DNA of 64,000 nucleotides from Albugo candida (Eukaryota): NCBI GenBank assembly GCA_040437565.1, contig JBDOQK010000049.1, positions 62,001 to 126,000 of the forward strand, read 5' to 3'. Shown piece by piece: positions 59,879 to 64,000 of this stretch (position 1 is its first letter; each line of letters starts with the position of its first letter). The notes under the pieces were generated by a model. It saw only the letters and a program-made list of their open reading frames with translations, ran no database searches and was not told where the DNA came from. The position numbers and the translations under genes were made by a program.

Positions 59879-62039
59879 GTTTTGAGCTCCATCTCAACAT
59901 ATTCTTTTACATCGAAAGTGGTTTCTTGCACCTGAGGCCATCTCGTCATCGCCCGCGTGAAAAAATCAGACAAACTATTTCCATCCGCAAACATTGTCGA
60001 TACATCTGCCAATAAGTGTGTCATTGCGTCAGCTGTGGTCGTGAAATCCAAAGCTTTCGATGTGGTCGCAAATGTGATTTCGAAAGGCGTAATTTGCTCC
60101 CGTAAAATAAGCAAATGTTTGATGAGAAATAAATCACCGTGAATCGAAGTTGTGGTCGCCGAAATCTCCGCGGAGGCTTTCTTCAGCGAAATGGTACATT
60201 CTTGAATCGCATCTTGAGCCAATTCACGAAATATTTCCACCTGTGACCAATCGTCAATATTCCGAAAGGATCTGTGGATTTCTTACATTTAGAAAATGAT
60301 ACATTTTTGAGAGACAAAACAGTGTTCGCTCCAGCGAAGGGTACCAGTTGGCGTACATCGACACGTCTCGATGCTCGGTCAATCGTTCGGGATAATTGAG
60401 ATCTTGTGTGGTGGGAGTGAAGCCTCGAATTTCATCACAGAGATATTTCTGAACACAAAATGTCAGCCGTTCTTGTGCGTCCTCAATCAATCGATCGAGA
60501 ACGGGCTCAATGTACGGAGCAATTTTATGTCGCGATGCCAACAGCGTCTCGTTAATTTCCGTCTGCAGTATCTCAATCACTTCACATATCGTATCAATAT
60601 CGCACTGTTCCAATATCATCGGACGCGAAAGATTGTACAAAATGTTGCTGAATTGGACGATAAGACCTCTACGGAGAAAACATGAGCTCTCAACTATTGT
60701 GTCGGGATAAAACTCACTCAAAAGCATTTTCAACATCGTTTCCATCTTCCGAATGTGACATCGCGTCACGGGAGCCGCAAAACATCTCTGTTGGATCGCA
60801 TTGAAACAACCAAGTAAATAAATTGTGTTCGGCTTCCGTCAATTGGACAAGGAAATTGGTGCAACGTCGAAGCTGAAGGACACAATCAGACATTTGAGAA
60901 CGTTGAAGCGACTTCGTACCAAATGGACGACGTCTGTGGAGTGGCTCACAGTATTCAAATGAGTTGAAAACATCGGACACAGTAAAAATGCACGGTGCTG
61001 GGCGTAAACGATGCCAACTTGCAGCAAGGAGTTGAGATGTTGGATCCATTTCTCTGTTACTATCGATCGATTTGGAAGAATCGCGTAGGTGTGCACGATT
61101 TGTCTCGCAACCATTTGTAGTACTGGAGCGATTAATTGGAATTGTACGTAATGAGAACTCGTTTCATCGACCATACTTTCTGGAGAAATTATTGACACGG
61201 AATCGCGAGCTTTCTCAAGGTTTGCGAGAGCAAAATCCTTCAGAATGGCGATACCATTCGACAAAAGAGTTTGATACGCTTCCATAAAAGCGCGTGTGTC
61301 TCGGAAATCTAGCTGGTACAATCATAAGAAATCGATAGAAAGACAGACGAAGGCGTACGTGTTGAGCGAGGAATTCCAGATTCTCTTCGATTGATTCGAG
61401 AGCGCTTTGGAATTCTTGTGTCGTAGGATCGATGTCTGATCGACATCGTGTGATCTTCACAGGAGATTTTGTTGCGACTGAAGCATTGCCAGCGGGAAAT
61501 TCGGCGGTATAGCCCAAATTCTCGGCCAATTGAGAGATTGAAGAGAATTTAGACAGCGAATTCTGCATGAATAGAATCTGTTTCTCGAGCGATTCCGTTT
61601 GCTGTAAATTATTTGCAAACGTATCGAGCAGAGTATTTGTTTTAGTGACAATTTCCCGGTGACAATTTTCCATTTCTTGGACGGAATGAAAAGTGTTTTC
61701 TGCAAATTTGAAACTATTTTCCCATTTTTTGAAAATGAATTCATCAAATTGAATCGAAATTGCTTGCACTCTATCAAATTCGGATTCTTTGCATTCGTGT
61801 TCAATGCACTGTGCGACATTCCGTCGTTCGATAAAGTCCTTGAGCGAGACCTCAGAATCGTCAAAATGTGGCGCTGTAGTCGCACAAGCGGTCGAAAAAT
61901 TGTCTGTTTGGAAAGGAGATAGAGGATACGACTCATTTTGAGAATGAATCTGATATTGTCGGTTCAATTTGTGGAAAATTGCGGTTTGTTTAGCGCTCAA
62001 AACAGAGCTTTGTGCTGAATTCGCTTTGTCGATCGCCAT
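59406..62039 (-). CDS. COG3: Conserved oligomeric Golgi complex subunit 3 (Sec34), multi-exon
   Basis: LIEDAQERLTF, DLNYPERL, WYPSLERTLFCLSKMY, EIFRELAQDAIQEC..SL..AS and HGDLFLIKHLLILREQITPF; the last exon ends ...LLHSSRD stop. Confidence 0.9.
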
Positions 62040-62438
62040 TGAGATGTAATTTGACAAAAGAAGCACACTAAATACCTCGATCAAGCGATTATTGTGCCAC
62101 TATTGGCGGTGATTTTGTACCCCAGCATTAGGAAATTAATTTATAAATAAATGCCCACTCCGACCGCAACTGGACTCTGATGTCATCTTTGCTTAACGCG
62201 TATCGCTAATTTTATTCCTCGCTCGTATCTGAAAACTTCATTTCTCTTCAAATCGATAAAATTTGATCATCAATCACGCTCAATGCTTCTTCCTCTATGC
62301 GAATGATCCAAGATTTAGTAGCCGCTGATTCCTTGAGATAATTATAGAAAGCATGTCGAGTCCTTGCTCCCGCCGCCTCGTCCAACCCGTTGCTACAAAA
62401 GACCTCAAAGGGGCTTTTGCATCCAACTCGGCACACAT

Positions 62439-64000
62439 ATGCGAGGATTCTTGAACAATTTGCTTCCTCTTCTGCTTGCATCTCCACTAATTCCACATGC
62501 TAATCCTGCTCCATTTGAGTTTTCACTGCGAAAACCTTCACAATGCTCTTCCAGGGACCCCATACAACTCAACCTTTTATCCAATTTTCGCCAATTATCG
62601 GATCAAAACGCGACAAATGCAAGTGCTCCTGTGTCCGAAGCCGCTAAAATTGGCGCTGGGGTACGTCAGAAATTAAGTAAAATTCGAGGTATTTCGGAGA
62701 AATTTTACCAAAAATTGATCGATGCCGTCAAAATATATTTATGCGATAAAAACGTCAAAGATGGCGCGCCCGACGCTCCCAATGTTCGTTTCGTGCCTCC
62801 AAATAGCGCGAAAGCATATAAGAACAGCAATGGAGATTGCATTCGACTCAATGTGACGTTATCTACCGATGATACGGTTCGTCAAGAATATGCCGCAGGG
62901 AATTGTGAGGTGAACCCGAATTGTTACTGGGCGACGATCAACACGACCACCGATTTAGATCGTGTGCCCATTTACTCACTCACAGAGAGCGTTTCTCCGC
63001 CCGAAGGCTCCATGACGTATTCGGATGCAAATAAGCATTTAAAAAAATGGATTCAGGGATTGGCAATCGTCATCCTTCCAGGCGTTATCCTGTCGGTTTT
63101 GAGCTTGATCACGTTCATTCTTTTTGTGATGTGTCGGTACTGCTGTAATCGCTGCGGTGGACGGCAAGGTCGCGTGGGTGGCTATCGCTGTGCAGAGAAG
63201 TTGTACCCGATACTTTTCTTCATACTATTCGCAGGTGGAGTGATTGGTGTGGCGATTGCCGCGTTATCGTATCAAAAAGCAATGTCCAAAGCGGTTGGTG
63301 ACACCTTGGACGATACATCGACGACTATGGTGCAGATGACTGAATGGTCTGGAAGAATTCAGTCCCCGTTGATAAAAATCCGCAATACGGTAGTCACATC
63401 GGCAAACGACATTTCTACCGCGTTGGCTGGTACTGATTTCATCGAGCAAGGCACTAATGGACTCACCAGTGGTCTAGAAACGTTTTCTAGTAACTCTGCC
63501 AACCGTACGCTTCCGACCGGATGCGTTAATGCAACCGATTTGATATGTCTTCCGTGCGAAATTTGTACTGTCATCAGTGTTAGAATGAGTAACGCGGCTC
63601 ATCAGATTCAGTCAAATGCGGGGAGTGGAGTCGCACAGCTCAAACAAGTTCGTGGTCAACTCCAAAGCAAACTCGTCACAATCGCCGATAAGGTCAAAGT
63701 TCAGGTCGATGAACAAGTAACCACTCTGACCAGACTCACCGAAACGATCCAGAGCACAAATAAAAACGTGGATGATATTCGTGAAGAGTATTCGAAACAG
63801 AAAGCCATTCAGCAAGCCGGCGTTCTCGCACTCTTTGCGCTATCACTTGTCGTGATTGCGTTAGGTCTTATCGGTATTCTTTTCGGAATCACGCCGTTCC
63901 GCGTGCTTGTGAATCTCATTCACATCGCGTGGATCATTGGATTTGTCGCACTCATTCTCACGTTCCTTTTAACGTCCGTGTTCCTTACCATCAGTGCTGT
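62439..64000 (+). CDS. Prominin/tweety-like multi-pass membrane glycoprotein (partial, runs off window; not in ORF track)
   Basis: Open frame from MRGFLNNLLPLLLASPLIPHA (signal peptide) to the window end, with an N-glycosylatable ectodomain. TM1 is followed by CRYCCNRCGG (63132-63161), then TM2, a long helical loop, TM3 and TM4. Confidence 0.75.
   Translation, partial: MRGFLNNLLPLLLASPLIPHANPAPFEFSLRKPSQCSSRDPIQLNLLSNFRQLSDQNATNASAPVSEAAKIGAGVRQKLSKIRGISEKFYQKLIDAVKIYLCDKNVKDGAPDAPNVRFVPPNSAKAYKNSNGDCIRLNVTLSTDDTVRQEYAAGNCEVNPNCYWATINTTTDLDRVPIYSLTESVSPPEGSMTYSDANKHLKKWIQGLAIVILPGVILSVLSLITFILFVMCRYCCNRCGGRQGRVGGYRCAEKLYPILFFILFAGGVIGVAIAALSYQKAMSKAVGDTLDDTSTTMVQMTEWSGRIQSPLIKIRNTVVTSANDISTALAGTDFIEQGTNGLTSGLETFSSNSANRTLPTGCVNATDLICLPCEICTVISVRMSNAAHQIQSNAGSGVAQLKQVRGQLQSKLVTIADKVKVQVDEQVTTLTRLTETIQSTNKNVDDIREEYSKQKAIQQAGVLALFALSLVVIALGLIGILFGITPFRVLVNLIHIAWIIGFVALILTFLLTSVFLTISA

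Noticed and set aside
62248-62496. 82-aa minus-strand ORF upstream of COG3
   Set aside because: Non-ATG start, overlaps the start of the prominin-like gene, and has no recognisable motif.

Overview
Eukaryotic draft-assembly scaffold, inferred to be an oomycete and probably Albugo-like: compact genes, short GT-AG introns of about 50-70 nt, and eleven 100-N gaps, several with duplicated flanks. The left arm (1-13.5 kb) carries housekeeping genes: Josephin deubiquitinase, ASCC3/Slh1 helicase, succinyl-CoA ligase beta, ARL3 and TAM41. The right arm (35-64 kb) carries anthranilate phosphoribosyltransferase, a DENN-like giant protein, a GH72 glucanosyltransferase, a COPI-associated protein, COG3 and a prominin/tweety-like ORF missing from the ORF track. 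Between them is a gene-sparse island of about 20 kb (14.1-33.1 kb). It holds six visible, co-oriented, intronless paralogues of a secreted, Cys-poor, low-complexity protein family; a seventh is probably hidden in a gap. Five of the six visible paralogues sit in recognisably duplicated promoter modules, and a TIR element lies just beyond the right edge. The mature regions are highly diverged. Yet five of six paralogues keep an [LMV]xxIxE motif, mostly followed by acidic residues, which is the docking motif for PP2A B56/B' subunits. One paralogue has amplified it in a 29-aa repeat alternating with LxRxx[S/T] kinase-type sites. My main hypothesis, which is inference and untested, is an uncharacterised effector family that engages host PP2A-B' through short linear motif mimicry.
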